Positions 1 to 12,054 of a stretch of 64,000 nt of DNA are shown piece after piece. Under the pieces are notes generated by a model. The model made no database searches. It saw only the letters and a program-made list of their open reading frames with translations, and was not told the origin of the DNA. Position 1 is the stretch's first letter, and each line of letters starts with the position of its first letter. The translations under genes and the position numbers were made by a program. Source of the DNA: Octopus vulgaris (Eukaryota); assembly GCA_951406725.2 (NCBI GenBank), contig OX597820.1, forward strand, positions 40,672,001-40,736,000, written 5' to 3'.

Positions 1-1503
1 CCGCCTTCTGGAACACTTGGAGCAAGGCCTTCTCCCTGAGAGCCAGTGTGGCTTCCGTGCGGGTCGAGGGACCACTGACATGATATTCGCCACCCGCCAG
101 CTCCAGGAGAAATGCATGGAGCAGCACCTTGACCTCTGCATGACCTTTGTTGACCTCACCAAGGCCTTTGATACAGTCAGTCGGGAGGGACTATGGAAGG
201 TCATGGGAAAATTTGGTTGCCCCAGCAAATTTATTGCAATTGTCCGCCAGTTCCACGACGGAATGACAGCCAGAATCCTTGAAGACGGCGACTCATCTGA
301 AGCCTTCCAGGTGACCAACGGAGTCAGGCAGGGCTGTGTCCTGGCCCCAACACTGTTCAGCATCATGTTCTCGGCAATGATGTCCGACGCCTTTAGGGAC
401 TGCAAGTCCGGTATCAACATCAAGTACAGGACAGACGGGAAACTTTTCAACTCCAGGAGATTGCAGGCTGTCACAAAGGTGAGGGAGACAGTCGTCAGAG
501 ACTTTCTCTTTGCTGACGACTGCGCCCTTAATGCAATCGATGAGCAGGAGATGCAGCTCGAGATGGACAGGTTCTCATCAGCCTGTGACAACTTCGGTCT
601 CACCATCAGTGCAAAGAAAACTGAAGTGATGTTTCAGCCAGCCCCCGGCAAACAATACCATGAGCCTCAGATAAGGGTGAACGGACGGATCCTACGAGTG
701 GTGGAAAACTTCACCTACCTGGGCAGCACTCTCTCCTGCAATGCCAACATAGATGCTGAAACCATCAACAGAATCTCCAAGGCAAGCAGCGCGTTTGGGA
801 GACTGCGAAAGAAAGTCTGGGAGCGGAGAGGAATCAGCCTCAACACCAAGCTGAAAGTCTACCGGGCAGTCGTGCTTACCACCCTACTATACGGCTGCGA
901 GACGTGGACTGCTTACCGAAGGCACGAGCGCCAGATAAACCACTTCCATCTCAGGTGTCTTCGGAATCTCCTTCACATCCGCTGGCAGGACAAAGTCCCA
1001 GACACGGAAGTTCTGAAGCAGGCAGATCTCCCTAGCACCATCACAATCATGCGCAAGGCCCAGCTGAGATGGGCGGGCCACGTCTCCCGCATGTCCGACA
1101 CTCGCATCCCAAAACAGCTCTTCTACGGTGAACTCGGCCAGGGCAGGCGCAAAGTCGGAGGGCAGAAAAAGCGCTACAAGGATAGTCTCAAGGTCTCTCT
1201 CAAAGACTTCTCCATCGGAACAGAGACCTGGGAGACACTTGCTGCCAACCGCTCATCCTGGCGCAGCGCAATCACCGTGGGAGCAGGGACAGCCGAGGAG
1301 GGACGGATTCGGTCAGCGGAGCAGAAACGTCAGATGCGTAAAGTCAGAGCCGCCTGCACCAGTAGCACTGCCCCTACCCACTTCTGCCCCACCTGTGGGA
1401 GGGGTTTCCTTGCCCGTATTGGCCTCACCAGCCACCTCCAGTCTCATGGCGGCAGTTCCATCAGATGATGTCAGTTGGTCATCTTCGAACCGAAGGACGA
1501 ACA
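1..1503 (+). mobile_element. RTE-clade (BovB-like) non-LTR retrotransposon, 3' half (cut by the window start), with short 3' UTR and (ATT/ATC)-like tail
   Basis: Uninterrupted ORF with RT motifs (LLPESQCGFR, FVDLTKAFD, GVRQGCVLAP, LFADD, YLG) and C-terminal CPTC..IGLTSH zinc finger. The ~35-nt 3' UTR GTCATCTTCGAACCGAAGGACGAAC is followed by ATTATCATTATTAT. Confidence 0.95.
2..1468 (+). CDS. RTE LINE reverse transcriptase plus C-terminal domain (5'-partial; frame open from the window edge)
   Basis: The 483-aa ORF 17..1468 extends in frame to position 2 (RLLEHLEQGLLPESQ...), with no stops or frameshifts and the RT catalytic FADD motif. Confidence 0.92.
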   Translation, partial: RLLEHLEQGLLPESQCGFRAGRGTTDMIFATRQLQEKCMEQHLDLCMTFVDLTKAFDTVSREGLWKVMGKFGCPSKFIAIVRQFHDGMTARILEDGDSSEAFQVTNGVRQGCVLAPTLFSIMFSAMMSDAFRDCKSGINIKYRTDGKLFNSRRLQAVTKVRETVVRDFLFADDCALNAIDEQEMQLEMDRFSSACDNFGLTISAKKTEVMFQPAPGKQYHEPQIRVNGRILRVVENFTYLGSTLSCNANIDAETINRISKASSAFGRLRKKVWERRGISLNTKLKVYRAVVLTTLLYGCETWTAYRRHERQINHFHLRCLRNLLHIRWQDKVPDTEVLKQADLPSTITIMRKAQLRWAGHVSRMSDTRIPKQLFYGELGQGRRKVGGQKKRYKDSLKVSLKDFSIGTETWETLAANRSSWRSAITVGAGTAEEGRIRSAEQKRQMRKVRAACTSSTAPTHFCPTCGRGFLARIGLTSHLQSHGGSSIR

Positions 1504-1549
1504 TTATCATTATTATACTTATACATATTTTATATACATATATATGCAT

Positions 1550-1590
<41 letters not shown>

Positions 1591-2658
1591 CTGTTATACA
1601 TATGCATACACATCCATACATATATCTAATTGCATACACGCACACACGCGCACGCTCGCACGTACACACACATACACATGCACACACCCGCACACACACA
1701 CACACACATGCACACACACATACACACAAACATATACATGCATATATACCCAGCATTCGAAACAGATGTTACAAGTACAATACCGGTGTGTTAGTATATA
1801 TTCTTGGAATGTGCATATAATCTTGCATTTACATGTGTATGAGTGTGTGTGTGTGTGTATGCGTGCGTACGAGTCTGTGCTTATGCGCACGCACGTGTGC
1901 GTATATATTTGTATTTGCGTGGATAAATCGGTAAAATACATATGTATGTATATAAAGAGAATGTACACGTATTTATGTACACACATATGAAGAAATGTAA
2001 GTATATGCGTACGTATGTCAAATTGAATATCTGTGTAAAAGTGAATGTATGTGTTTATGTAAATGTGATTTAGTTCATATGGGTGTATATGTATATATCT
2101 GCATTTCTATGTGTGTGCGAATAATGTCTGTATGTAAACATCCATGCGCATGCGCGTCTTCATGCTTGTGAATATCTCGCGGGCTTGTTCGCCACACACG
2201 CGCACGATTGCGAGCGTGTGTTTGTTTATATGTTTGTGCATTCATGTATGCGTGTATGTGGAAGATATCTTCGCGAATTTACTGATAATTCTTGTAAGTT
2301 GAAGCATCTCTAAGAGGAATCGGTGTTAGAGTTAGTGCTAAGGGCGTAAACAAACGTTTTACGTAACACAATCGTAACAAGATCGACAATTGAACACTTC
2401 TCCAACGTTGAACTGAAAAATTGTTCATCAGATTTAGACATTTTGTTTTTCTTTTCCTCCGTGTGTCTGATATCTCGACAAAGGGGTGAGAGAGGGTGTT
2501 TCTAAATTATATTTTTGTTTTATTAGTACTTTTTATATAAATCTTTGAATAAATTACATGTGTATATATACGTGTTTTTATAAGTATATGTGTGTATATA
2601 TATGTATATATATATGTATATATATATATATATATTATATATATAGATACATATACAG

Positions 2659-2691
<33 letters not shown>

Positions 2692-2695
2692 CACA

Positions 2696-2738
<43 letters not shown>

Positions 2739-2768
2739 CACAGACATATATATACAATTATATATATG

Positions 2769-2835
<67 letters not shown>

Positions 2836-2880
2836 TTATATATATATATATATATATATACTTAAGGGGGTGCGTGCGTT

Positions 2881-2912
<32 letters not shown>

Positions 2913-2980
2913 CTACTCACGCACGCACGCACAAATAAATATATATACGTACACAAACATGTGTATGTATGTATGTATGT
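1504..2980. repeat. Compound (TA)n/(CA)n/(TG)n microsatellite field
   Basis: Directly visible dinucleotide runs. They explain the YIYI/HTHT ORFs. Confidence 0.9.
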
Positions 2981-3682
2981 GTATTTGATATTTTTTTTAT
3001 TACATTCGTCATGGTGTTGCACTTGCTGTTTTTGTTGTTTCATGAGAAAAAAAAAACAGATGAGGGTGAGATAGGGCGCTTAGGAATATGCCGTAGATCC
3101 TACCATTCTGGATCTTTCCAAGAAGAACGAATTGATAATGGCATTGAGTGTTCTTAATACCATCGCTGGTAGCTTACGTAAGAAAGCTGTGATAATGCCG
3201 CGCCGAATGTATCTGGCTCATTCCATCGTTATCGCCCTAGTCATTGCAAATGTTTTTGTTGTGGTTGTTCAAGATGTTGCCTCGTCGTCGTTGTTGTTGT
3301 CGTTGTTATTTTCATTCATGGTGTTGTAATCGACGTTGTTGTTGTTATTCTTATAGTTTATCACGGGGGTCGCTCATGATGATGATAACCGTGATACGGA
3401 TGTTGTTTATAACGATAGCATGTATCGTGGTAGTGGGGGGTGGGGATAGGGGTGGTAGTGATAGAGGTGGTTGTGCTGTTGCTGCTGGTGATGGTTATGA
3501 TGATGATGATGATGATGATGGTGAGATGATGATGATGATGCAGACAATGAGTGAGATCAAGAGTATGATGATGAAAAAAAAAATAATAATGTATTTAATG
3601 AAGATGACGGGCACGAAAGAAAGATGATGATGGTAGTAAGGTAACGATGCTGAGATGATGGTTATTGTTATTATTATTATTG

Positions 3683-3832
3683 TTCTGAGTTCAAATTCCG
3701 CCGTGGTCGACTATGCCCTTCATCATTTCGAGGTTGATAAATTAAACACTCGGCAAGTACTGGGGTCGATGTGATCGACTTCCGCATCCTCCAAAATTTC
3801 AGGCTTTGTGTCTTTAGTAGAAAGGGTTATTA
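3683..3832 (+). mobile_element. 5'-truncated tRNA-derived SINE (family A, Nin/Deu-domain-like centre)
   Basis: GAGTTCAAATTCC B-box followed by GGTCGACT.TGCC.TTCATC.TTTCGAGGTTGATAAA. Homologous to the copies at 4045, 11835, 12852, 13022 and 21720. Confidence 0.75.
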
Positions 3833-3865
3833 TAATTGTTATTTTCGTTGGTGGAAAATAAACGA

Positions 3866-3941
3866 AATCATCACCATCATCATCATCATTATCCTCATTA
3901 TTATCCTCATTATTCTTATCATTATTATTATTATTATCATC

Positions 3942-3993
<52 letters not shown>

Positions 3994-3996
3994 ACG

Positions 3997-4029
<33 letters not shown>

Positions 4030-4041
4030 ACATCATCATTA
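3866..4041. repeat. (ATC)n/(ATT)n trinucleotide repeat
   Basis: Directly visible. Confidence 0.95.
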
Positions 4042-4044
4042 TTG

Positions 4045-4210
4045 TGTGGTGAGCTGTCACAATCGTTATTGCGCCGGGCAAGATGCCTAGCAGCATTTCG
4101 TGCCCATTTGAGTTCAAATTCCGCCGAGGTCGACTTTACTTTTATTCTTTCGGGTTCGATAAAATTAAGTACCAGTGGAACACTGGGGTCTATATAATCG
4201 ACTCACGCCA
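4045..4210 (+). mobile_element. tRNA-derived SINE (family A)
   Basis: GGTGAGCTG..AATCGTTA head, GAGTTCAAATTCCGCCGAGGTCGACTTT, TTTCGGGTTCGATAAAATTAAGTACCAG. Confidence 0.8.
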
Positions 4211-4474
4211 AACTCTCTTAAGCTTCCTTTGTGGCAAAAAATATTGTTATTATTATCATTATTAGTACCAGATGAAGGCAAGGGGCTGATGTAATCAATT
4301 AGCCCCCACCCCTTCAAATTTCTACAGTAGAAATTCCTATTGTAGAAAAGACTATACAAGAACAAAAGCAAATACAAGAACAAAAACAAAAATACTAATA
4401 TACAGTTACATACCAGTCATTTATAATCCTTTTTTGTATTTGTTTTTTTTTTTCGTATAGTTAGTATAAAAAAA

Positions 4475-4556
4475 CATCCTGATGAGGGGAGTGTCAGTTT
4501 TGATAATATGAAATATATCATATTACTTGGCACGTCTCTGAAACGGCCCGTAGATG
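4475..4556 (+). ncRNA. Type I hammerhead ribozyme motif with extended stem II
   Basis: catc CUGAUGA [gggga-gugucag..uaauauga/ucauauua..uuggcac-ucucu] GAAA cggcccg UA gaug. Stem I is catc/gatg and the cleavage triplet is GUA. Confidence 0.75.
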
Positions 4557-4765
4557 GAACTCTAAATTTTAAAATATTTGTGTTATTTTATATATATTTT
4601 TTATATCTTTATATCTGGGGCTTATTCATCCGTTTTGTAAATGTGGAAGAATATATGAATATATGTATCTATATGGTCTTCGAGTGTGGACCTTAATTAT
4701 GTTCCTGTAGTTTCCGCTTGCATTGCCTCCGTTCAAATTAAGAAGTAGAATATATATTTAAATAA

Positions 4766-4865
<100 letters not shown>

Positions 4866-4991
4866 GTCTGTATATATGTATATAGATAAGTATATATATA
4901 AGTATATATAATAATAATATTTGGCAGTATAGATCCAAACTTACAGGGAAAATTTCGATTTAGTATTAAATCAAATTTCACAGTATAAGTA

Positions 4992-5080
4992 TATAAAATA
5001 TGAATTAGAGATAAAACCACTATTAGACAAAGTATGTGAAAAAAGCAAATAGTTGTTTTATCTCTAATTCATATTTTATA
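4992..5080. repeat. 33-bp-arm inverted repeat beside (TA)n
   Basis: TATAAAATATGAATTAGAGATAAAACCACTATT ... AATAGTTGTTTTATCTCTAATTCATATTTTATA. Confidence 0.85.
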
Positions 5081-5124
5081 AGTATATATATATATGTATA
5101 TATGTATATATAGATAAGTATATA

Positions 5125-5176
<52 letters not shown>

Positions 5177-5185
5177 TATATATAA

Positions 5186-5226
<41 letters not shown>

Positions 5227-5238
5227 TATATATAAGTA

Positions 5239-5297
<59 letters not shown>

Positions 5298-5855
5298 GTA
5301 CACACAAAACAAAAGAATGCTAATAAAGCTACACCGGTTGTCTGCTTTATGAGTTCTATATATAACAGCTAAGTATTAATTGGAGGAGGAAAGAGTAAAC
5401 CGGCTATCTGGTGGCCCCTCTCCATTTTCTGTACATCAAGAAGCATAGTAAAAAATATCTTTGCACTCTACTGCTTTCACAGCTAGACTTTTTAATTTAT
5501 ATATATATATATATATATATATGCAACTATGTGTCTGTACATACACACACACACACACACACACACTCACACACACACACGCAGAGAATTAGTACATGTT
5601 CTAATTCCTAAGCACTATCCCAAAGACAGGGTATTGAGAGCAGATCTTCGATTTTGAAAATAGTATTTAATGCATAATTTTTTCATTAATTTGACGTGTA
5701 TATACTTCATAAACAGGACACTTAAACTCTATTTTTTTAGAAGAGCTTGGTGTTTTCCTGCTTTAGAGAAATTGCATAGTTAATATAGTCGTACATCCTT
5801 GTGGAGTGGCTAGCTTGTTTCATCTCTTTATGCAGGATGGATTGCATAAACTAAA

Positions 5856-6144
5856 TAGGAGCACTCCGTCGGTTACGACGACAAGGGAACAGCTTGCTCG
5901 TGAAATTAACGCGCAAGTGGCTAATCACTCCATAGACACTTGTATCCTTAACGTAGTTCTCAGGGAGATTCTGTGACAAGGCTGGTCCTTTGAAATGCAG
6001 GTACTACTCATTTTGCCAGCTAAGTGGACTGGAGCAATGTGAAATAAAGTTTCTTGCTCAAGGAGACAAGGCGTCGCCGGGAATTGAACTCACGACCTTA
6101 CGATCGTGATTTAAACAACCTAACTACTAAGCCACGCGTCTTCA
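5856..6144 (-). mobile_element. tRNA-derived SINE (family C, CORE-like centre)
   Basis: The minus strand begins GACGCGTGGCTTAGTAGTTAGG...GAGTTCAATTCCCGG (A/B boxes), then CCTTGAGCAAGAAACTTTATTTCACATTGCTCCAGTCCAC. Related to the copies at 28330 and 61090. Confidence 0.8.
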
Positions 6145-7299
6145 TTGCATAAACTATATATTGTGCTCATATAGTAAACATTTTTCACAACATACCATAT
6201 TTACCGTAATAAACAGTAAAAACATGTACTGCAAAATATTCAAACATTGTGACTATTTTTCCAAATCCAGCTGAATTTCAAATGGAACATTTTGTTCTTC
6301 AAATGCGTCTTGGTGAATAGTTTATGTTTTTTGGTCGTAAATTTTGGTCTGAAATATTCGATTTGAATGCCGGAGATACAGCAATTATTCCATCGAAATG
6401 CATGACAAAGTATGTGAAAAAAGCAAATTTCTTCTTGTCCAATATATTCATGAAACACGATTATGGTAAAAGCCCCTTCAATTTTTTTTTTAAACCTTCT
6501 ACTGTTTACTCTCCTTGTAAATCTTTGTCATAACATTCCAATTAAAATAGTGTTCTTATTTTACTTTTGACTCGACCCTTAAATGTTTTTCAGGAATGGT
6601 AAGCGTAATTCTATAATCTAGAGAGTTTCTTAACATATTTTGAAAATGGCGCATTTTTTTAAGGAAAAGAGGAGAATCATAAATCACTTAACGTTAGTGG
6701 CTCCTCTAATGAAAATGTACAAATATTTCGGCTGTTTGCGTTAGTCGTTACGAAAGAAATTTATGGCCTCAAAATATTTAGGAGTGATTTTATTCATAAA
6801 TGTATTTCGTCTTGGTATGTATATTTCGCATGCAACAGTATAATGGCAATATTTCTCTTTTTATTCATACATTTTAAATCTTTTCTTAGTGTCACTATTT
6901 TCCTTATAGTGATAGTAATCATGAGCATAATGACGGAAACTCTTTAGATTTTGTTAAATGATTCATCGTTATGACGATTTTTTGTAACTTCAGACAAAAT
7001 CGATAACATTGTTATAGTTGTGATGTAAAACAAACAGCATCTGTTATTATATAGCATACAAATTCTCAAATTTTGAATAAAACTTTACTTTCATTTCATT
7101 TCCGCCGAATAATTTTCTGTTCTTTTGTCTCGACTTCTTTTATGTTTCTTCAATTTTCCTTAATGAAAATATTAACCGTTTCAGTTTGGGGAATATTTTG
7201 TAATTAAAATAGTTTAAACTATACAATATTAATATTTTCTTTATTTCATTAATATAAATAACGCACTCAGCTATTTTATTCTTTATCAAATTCGGTATG

Positions 7300-9612
7300 C
7301 TTAAATATTGAACACATTTGGATTCATGCGTGAAGTATGGTTTGGATTTTATTGTTGAAGACGGCATGGCAAAGCTTAGGTGATAGTTGAATCCAGAGCG
7401 TCTTGGAAATGACTTACTGAAATTTTTAGTACTAAAACAGCATTGGAAGATACATATACAACACATGCATCGAATGATAAGTTCATTTTGTAGGGAAAGG
7501 GAACGTGTTTGAGAGCTGGAGGAATATTAACCAAACACGGGTTCGCACCTAACAGGAAACCGAGAAGCAGATACGAAAAAAATGCTTTGACGTTGCCGCG
7601 GTGTTGATTAAACTGTGTCCTGCACATGATTGAACATTTATGTGAGAAATGACTAAAATGGAAAGACGCACAATTAATCGTATTACTGAAATGTCTCACG
7701 ATATTTTTCAACAAGATATTGATTGGATGAATTCTAGCTTGCTAACATTTCCCTTGAATTTGATTAACCCTGTTACATTACTATTACGTCTTGTGACAGG
7801 TTGTTCTTGAGAGCTACATGTAACATGTAATCCAGTACAACCTGTCGCATGGTCGGGTCGTCGGCGACTAAACTGGCAACCCCAACAGGCTTGCTTGGTG
7901 AGGAGGGCGTTGAACAAGATAAATCCTACAGGCACCACACTGATTGATGAGCTCTCTCATCTCCCTCCTCTCCCTGAGTTGGATAGGGAACCCTACCTCA
8001 TGGAAATCCGTACAACTCTCTCCTACTTAAAAAACAGGAAATCACTTCTATCAGATCGTGTGTCGGAGGAGATCTATAAATATGGTGCTCCTGCCCTTGT
8101 CCAACGTTTTCATCAGATTATCCTCTACTATCGGAAAAGTGTATTGATCCCTGAACGCTGGAAACACGCAGACATAATCACTATCTTCAATAAGAAGGGA
8201 GATCGCCCAGACTGCAACAGCAGCAGAGGTATTTCACTCCTGGATTTTGCAGGAAAGGTCTTGGCACGCATCCTGCTATCTCAACGTCTTGGCCACTTCG
8301 TTGAAGGAATCCTCCCAGAGTCTCAATGCGGTTTTAGAGCTAACCGTAGTACTATCGACATGGTCTTCGTCTCTCGCCTCCTGTTAGAAAAGTGCCGAGA
8401 ACAGTGTGATGCCTCGTTTGCTTTTATTGACCTAGCTATGTCAAACCGAACCCTCTACGCAGAAGATATTGACAACAGAGCACTTCCTCGAACACTAACT
8501 CACAGTTTCTTCAAATCTTTTTATGAGTTGGATGTTAGGCATTTGAATATTTTGCTTCATACTAATTTGATATGACTAAAATTTAGAATTATTCTCATAA
8601 TTGAACACTTGAACTCTAACCTGAGGTAGAGGTGTTTCTCTTGGTGAGGGATTCAAATTTACCGAACAAGTTTGATGATGCTAAGTTTAAGGACTGTCTA
8701 GAAAAACTCATTTCTGGAAAGAGTGAGAAGATGCAAGTACTGAAGATAATGCTGGATTTATGATTACAAAGGGTACAGAAAAATTTAATTTTCCAAACTT
8801 GAACGAAGGCATTATGGAAGAAACGGATGCACTACTTGAAGTAAATGAAAGGCATATGAGCATCGTGAAGGATCACGTTACTGGCTACTTTCCAGAAAAC
8901 CTGTCACAGAAAAATGGATGTCAAACGAATGCTTTTCTTTTTAACTACGGAACTGTCAGATAAGAAAGTTGACGACCTATCAAAAAAAGGGGTTGATTGA
9001 TGTTTACTTCTCTAGTAGACTTAAAGTAGAATTGTATTTACTTTGAGTCGATGTCTAGAATGATGTTCACAATATCGTTTTATTTGTTGCTCTATATCTT
9101 TGTGAATCAGCTTCCTCTACTTCAATATTAATGGATACAAAGACAAGGTATCTCCTGAAAACCGATAACGACATAAGGGAGGCTCTTTGAACAGATAAAC
9201 TCCTCGTTTCAATGAATCAGCTGAGTTCCAACTGATAGTGTTTCTGGTACATTTTGTTTGATGTTATGAAGACAAAAAGAAAATTATTTAAAATTATCTT
9301 CTTTTGCTTTCATGTATATATTGTTATTTAACTTCTGTTCTTTTCATTGTCATATATTTCTTTGATAAGTAAATTTACTTTTTTTCTTAATTATTTTTGG
9401 TATATATTTTCCCTTCATCAAAGTTTATTCTGTATAAAACCTTAATAATAAAATTCTTCTACGTTGTTGTTATTTTGTGCTTCTATGAGAGCTATCGATT
9501 ATTTATTATTTATTAGTATTCATATTTATTTATTTTCACAAGGGTGAAGAGGGTGTAAAAGGCGAAAGACATCAATCCGAGTGGGCAAATCACAAAGAAC
9601 CATTGGTCTAAG
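7300..9612 (+). mobile_element. Decayed hAT (Buster/Charlie, SCAND3/ZBED5-like) DNA transposon interrupted by an RTE fragment
   Basis: Colinear decayed motifs: VKYGLDFIVEDGMAK..LGNDLLK..LKQHWKIH (BED finger), TINRITEMSHDIFQQ, LDE (~7722), HLNILLHT (~8540), GYFPE, YLCESASST..KTRYLLKTDNDIREAL (C-terminal dimerisation domain, ~9095-9190). Possible right TIR remnant AGAACCATTG followed by GTCTA. Confidence 0.75.
7770..8436 (+). mobile_element. RTE LINE fragment (putative 5' UTR piece joined to the N-terminal RT region), nested in the hAT
   Basis: ORF 7895: ...WKHADIITIFNKKGDRPDCNSSRGISLL..GKVLARIL..ILPESQCGFRANRSTIDMVF..LLEKCREQ..FIDL. Homology then switches to the hAT sequence. Confidence 0.85.
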
Positions 9613-10414
9613 CGAAAACTTCATTGATTTTGTGTTGTTCTCCTATAATATTCGTTGTGTGAATTTTTGTAGTTAGTATTTGAGAAATATATTGTAAGGG
9701 TGTTTACTTAACGTTGGAAATTTGGAATATGATCTGGGGCTGTTACTGTGACATTGATACACTGTTGTATCTCATTTTTATTGCTTGCTTTTGGTTTTCT
9801 TTTAGACAAATATTTCCTAGTTTTCTGTTTTGCTATCGTTTATTTCCTTGTTTGGTTATCTGATGTTACTTTCTTTAACTTTAGTTGTGTTATTCAGGTT
9901 GTATCTTATACTATGCCTTATAGGATATAACTGTTGGATAGTTGTTTTGCTGAATGCATGTACCTCTCTTGATAGTATTGTATTGTTGAATTCTACAAAC
10001 CCCAATTCTCATTCACGGCTGAATATTTTTTTTAAGTTTCCAATAGTGTTTCGCTTCATTCAGCTATGCGTATATATGCCATGGCGATGTCCGGTTACTG
10101 GTCACAAGGGATTTCTGTGATTTTCTCATGTAATTGTAGCTGTTACGTATGTTTATCAGCAGTTGATATCTCGGGAAAAGTCATTGTAGTTAGCTTAATA
10201 GTTTAATGAGGTGTATAGTTGTACTGTTCTGAGTTGTTAAGATGTAAATGAAATTCTCTTGAAAATCTATCGTGTCGCTCTAGACTATCTTCATTTTCCA
10301 GTCAAAATGGCTTTTTTTTTCATACTGTAATATCCTACAATGGCGTTAGAGGTGCCATAGCTGAGGTTCAGTATTTACATCGGGTGCAAATATTATTAAT
10401 GAGTTGTAACCAAA

Positions 10415-11538
10415 TATTGGGTTGGCAACTAAGTTCCCGCCTTTTTTTTAAATTTTGGAATTTATTGCGTTTTTAAATTTTGGAATCTATTTGTTTCGAG
10501 AATTCAATTTTTGAATCATTTTGGAATCTATTTTGTTGTTTCTTTCTTTGTTTTTTTCTAGTTAATTTGAGCTAATTTTTATTTATTTTCAGATCATTTA
10601 AATGGGATGTCAAGTTAAGAAAAACGAGCATTTTCGACACCTTTTTGCTTTTAATCAAGGTTCTAAGGCCGCAAAAGCTGCTCGCAACACTTGTGCTGTG
10701 TATGGAGCGGGTGTTATAGCTGAAAGAACCGCTCGTGATTGGTACGCCAAGTTCAAAAATGGAAATTTTGACCTCAAAGACGCACCTCCTTCTGGCCGTC
10801 CAGTTGAATTCGATGAAGAGCGATTAAACAAATCTTTGCACGAAAATTTTGCACGAACTGGTAGAGAAAATGAAATTCTCCCACACGGCTATAGGGAAGC
10901 ATCTTCACTCGATGGGAATGGTTCAGAAATATGAAGCATAGTTTCTGCATACTTTAAGTGACAACAAGAAAAATCAACGAGACACAATCTCCGCTGGTTT
11001 GCTTGCTCGTCACCGTTCAAATCATGGACACAAGCAACGATTTCTTTACCGAATCGTTACTGGCGATGAAAAATGGTGCCTCTACATCAATATGAAGCAG
11101 CATAAAGAATGGCTTAGCCCCAGTAAACAAGCGACAAAGGGCGTGAAACAAGATCTTCATCTGGCTAAAACGATATTGTGCGTATGGTGGGACTGGGAAT
11201 GGATTATCCATTGCGAATTGCTTGAACGGAGCCAAACGGTCAACGCGGAGCTCTATGTTCAACAGATGGAACGACTCAACACGGCTATTCAAGAGAAAAG
11301 ACCTAATCGGCAGCATGGAGTTCTTCTGCTGCACGACAATGCCTGCCCTCATGTCGCCAATATCACCAAGGAAGCCATTCAAACGCATAGTTGGGAAATG
11401 CTGCTACACCCGCTGTACTCTCCTGATTAGGCACCAAAGAATTTTCACCACTTTCAATCTCTTTCAAATGCTATGCGTGGAGTTTCGTTCAATACTGATG
11501 CAGAAATTGAGAGCTTGGTTGGATCAATTTTTCGAGTC
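10415..11538 (+). mobile_element. Mariner (DD34D) transposon, frameshifted, mellifera-subfamily-like; right end missing
   Basis: TA plus left TIR TTGGGTTGGCAACTAAG. ORFs 10602 (HTH ..KFKNGNFDLKDAPPSGRP) and 10999 (VTGDEKW, HDNA, HPLYSPD). Confidence 0.93.
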
Positions 11539-11834
11539 ATAATTCCATATATGATATGGGGCTTTCTCGTTGATATAGACTAACGAATCCTATTAAAATT
11601 TAATTAGTGATTAGAGGTATTCACTATTGTAGCAGTAATAAATGTTTCTTGAGCTGTCGCAATGGTAATGTGATGTATGATGGCATATTTAGTTCCATAA
11701 AAGCGTTTTTGGCCATTTTTCCTATTTTGAGGTAATTATGAATTTTGCTACGTTATGTTTCATTTATCACTGAAATCTTGCTATTTTTAATGCCTTCTTT
11801 GTAAGAACGGGGAATCAAGAAGTAAAATATTTAT

Positions 11835-12054
11835 TGCCCACAAGGGGCTAAACATAGAGGGGACAAACAAGGACAAACAAAGTGATTAAGTCGATTACAT
11901 CGACTCCAGTGCATAACTGGTACTTATTTTCTTCACCCCGAAAGGATGAAAGGCAAAGTCGACCTCGGCGGAATTTGAACTCAGAACGTAACGGTAGACG
12001 AAATACCGCTATGCATTTCGCCCGTCGTGCTAACGATTCTACCAGCTCGCCGCC
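11835..12054 (-). mobile_element. Full-length tRNA-derived SINE (family A)
   Basis: Minus strand GGCGGCGAGCTGGTAGAATCGTTAGC...CTGAGTTCAAATTCCGCCGAGGTCGACTTTGCCTTTCATCCTTTCGGGG...AAGTACCAG...GCCCCTTGTGGGCAATAAA. Confidence 0.9.

Noticed and set aside
3055-3240. Short unique stretch after an A-run and CAG, a possible exon
   Set aside because: No polypyrimidine tract, no recognisable protein, and it is embedded in simple repeats.
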